A DNA stretch of 64,000 nucleotides. Source: Octopus sinensis (Eukaryota). The position numbers and the translations under genes were made by a program. The first letter of the stretch is position 1; every line of letters starts with the position of its first letter. The stretch is from positions 94,798,001-94,862,000 of the forward strand of contig NC_042998.1 of the NCBI RefSeq assembly GCF_006345805.1. The letters run 5' to 3'. This document shows, piece after piece, positions 63,401-64,000 of this stretch. The notes under the pieces are model-generated. The model searched no databases, was not told the origin of the DNA, and saw only the letters and a program-made list of their open reading frames with translations.

Positions 63401-64000
63401 GAAATTCATGTAGCTCTGGTTCATGACTTATCCAGATTCTTTTAATAACCTCAAAATTACTCATGACAGATATCCAACTTTCACTGCATTCATGTGTATA
63501 ATTTTCTATTTAACCTTTAATTTTTTTTTATCTGGCCCAAAATATTCTCCATTTTATGTTAAAACTGACCAGATCCAAACTCTCACCTCTACCCTAAAAT
63601 GTCATTCTAAAAATATACAAACAATAAAATGAAATCTTGAAGCTACAAGATAAGGTATGGTTAATTCAAAACAATGTGAATAAATAAGTATTACATTAAA
63701 CAAAGAAATCTGAATGCTAAAGGGTTAAACATATGGCAACCTAAAAATGGCATCTCTGATAATTATACCTGGCTTTTGGCAACCCAGTGTATTTACCTTC
63801 AGAATTAATCTCTCATCAAAGCATTGCTAAACCTTTAAACTTTTGTTGCCCCTGTCAGCCTGTATCCTAATGTCATTTCAAACATATTTCTCTGCCCGAT
63901 TCTCATAAACATGGTGTTTGTAATTCAGAATACTTCATGCGTCCTCACAGCACAGAACATTAGCAAGCCTCCTCTATTTTTTACCCTCTTCTAGCTAAGT

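Overview
AT-rich, microsatellite-saturated animal DNA. The repeat families are ones I recall from cephalopods, most likely Octopus (inference, not a database result). No complete host gene is visible, only a few candidate minus-strand exons. The window holds a near full-length CR1-type LINE (ORF1 with PHD and polyQ; ORF2 EN-RT with YADD changed to YADN) and a frameshifted RTE LINE whose long 3' UTR carries an alternating 62-bp tandem array. It also holds two mariners, Tc1 and MULE relics, R4-, HERO- and Penelope-like fragments, and many tRNA-derived SINEs. The most notable signal is invisible to the ORF track: about a dozen type I hammerhead ribozyme motifs from several families, mostly beside (TA)n tracts. 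Several have palindromic stem III of the dimer-forming kind described for Penelope-like elements and retrozymes. Four copies form a ~585-bp tandem/inverted array at 1.8-3.8 kb, and several fold-back palindromes are centred in or next to ribozyme cores. Frequent 1-nt homopolymer indels suggest imperfect long-read consensus in places. All structures were paired by eye; coordinates of degenerate repeats are approximate.
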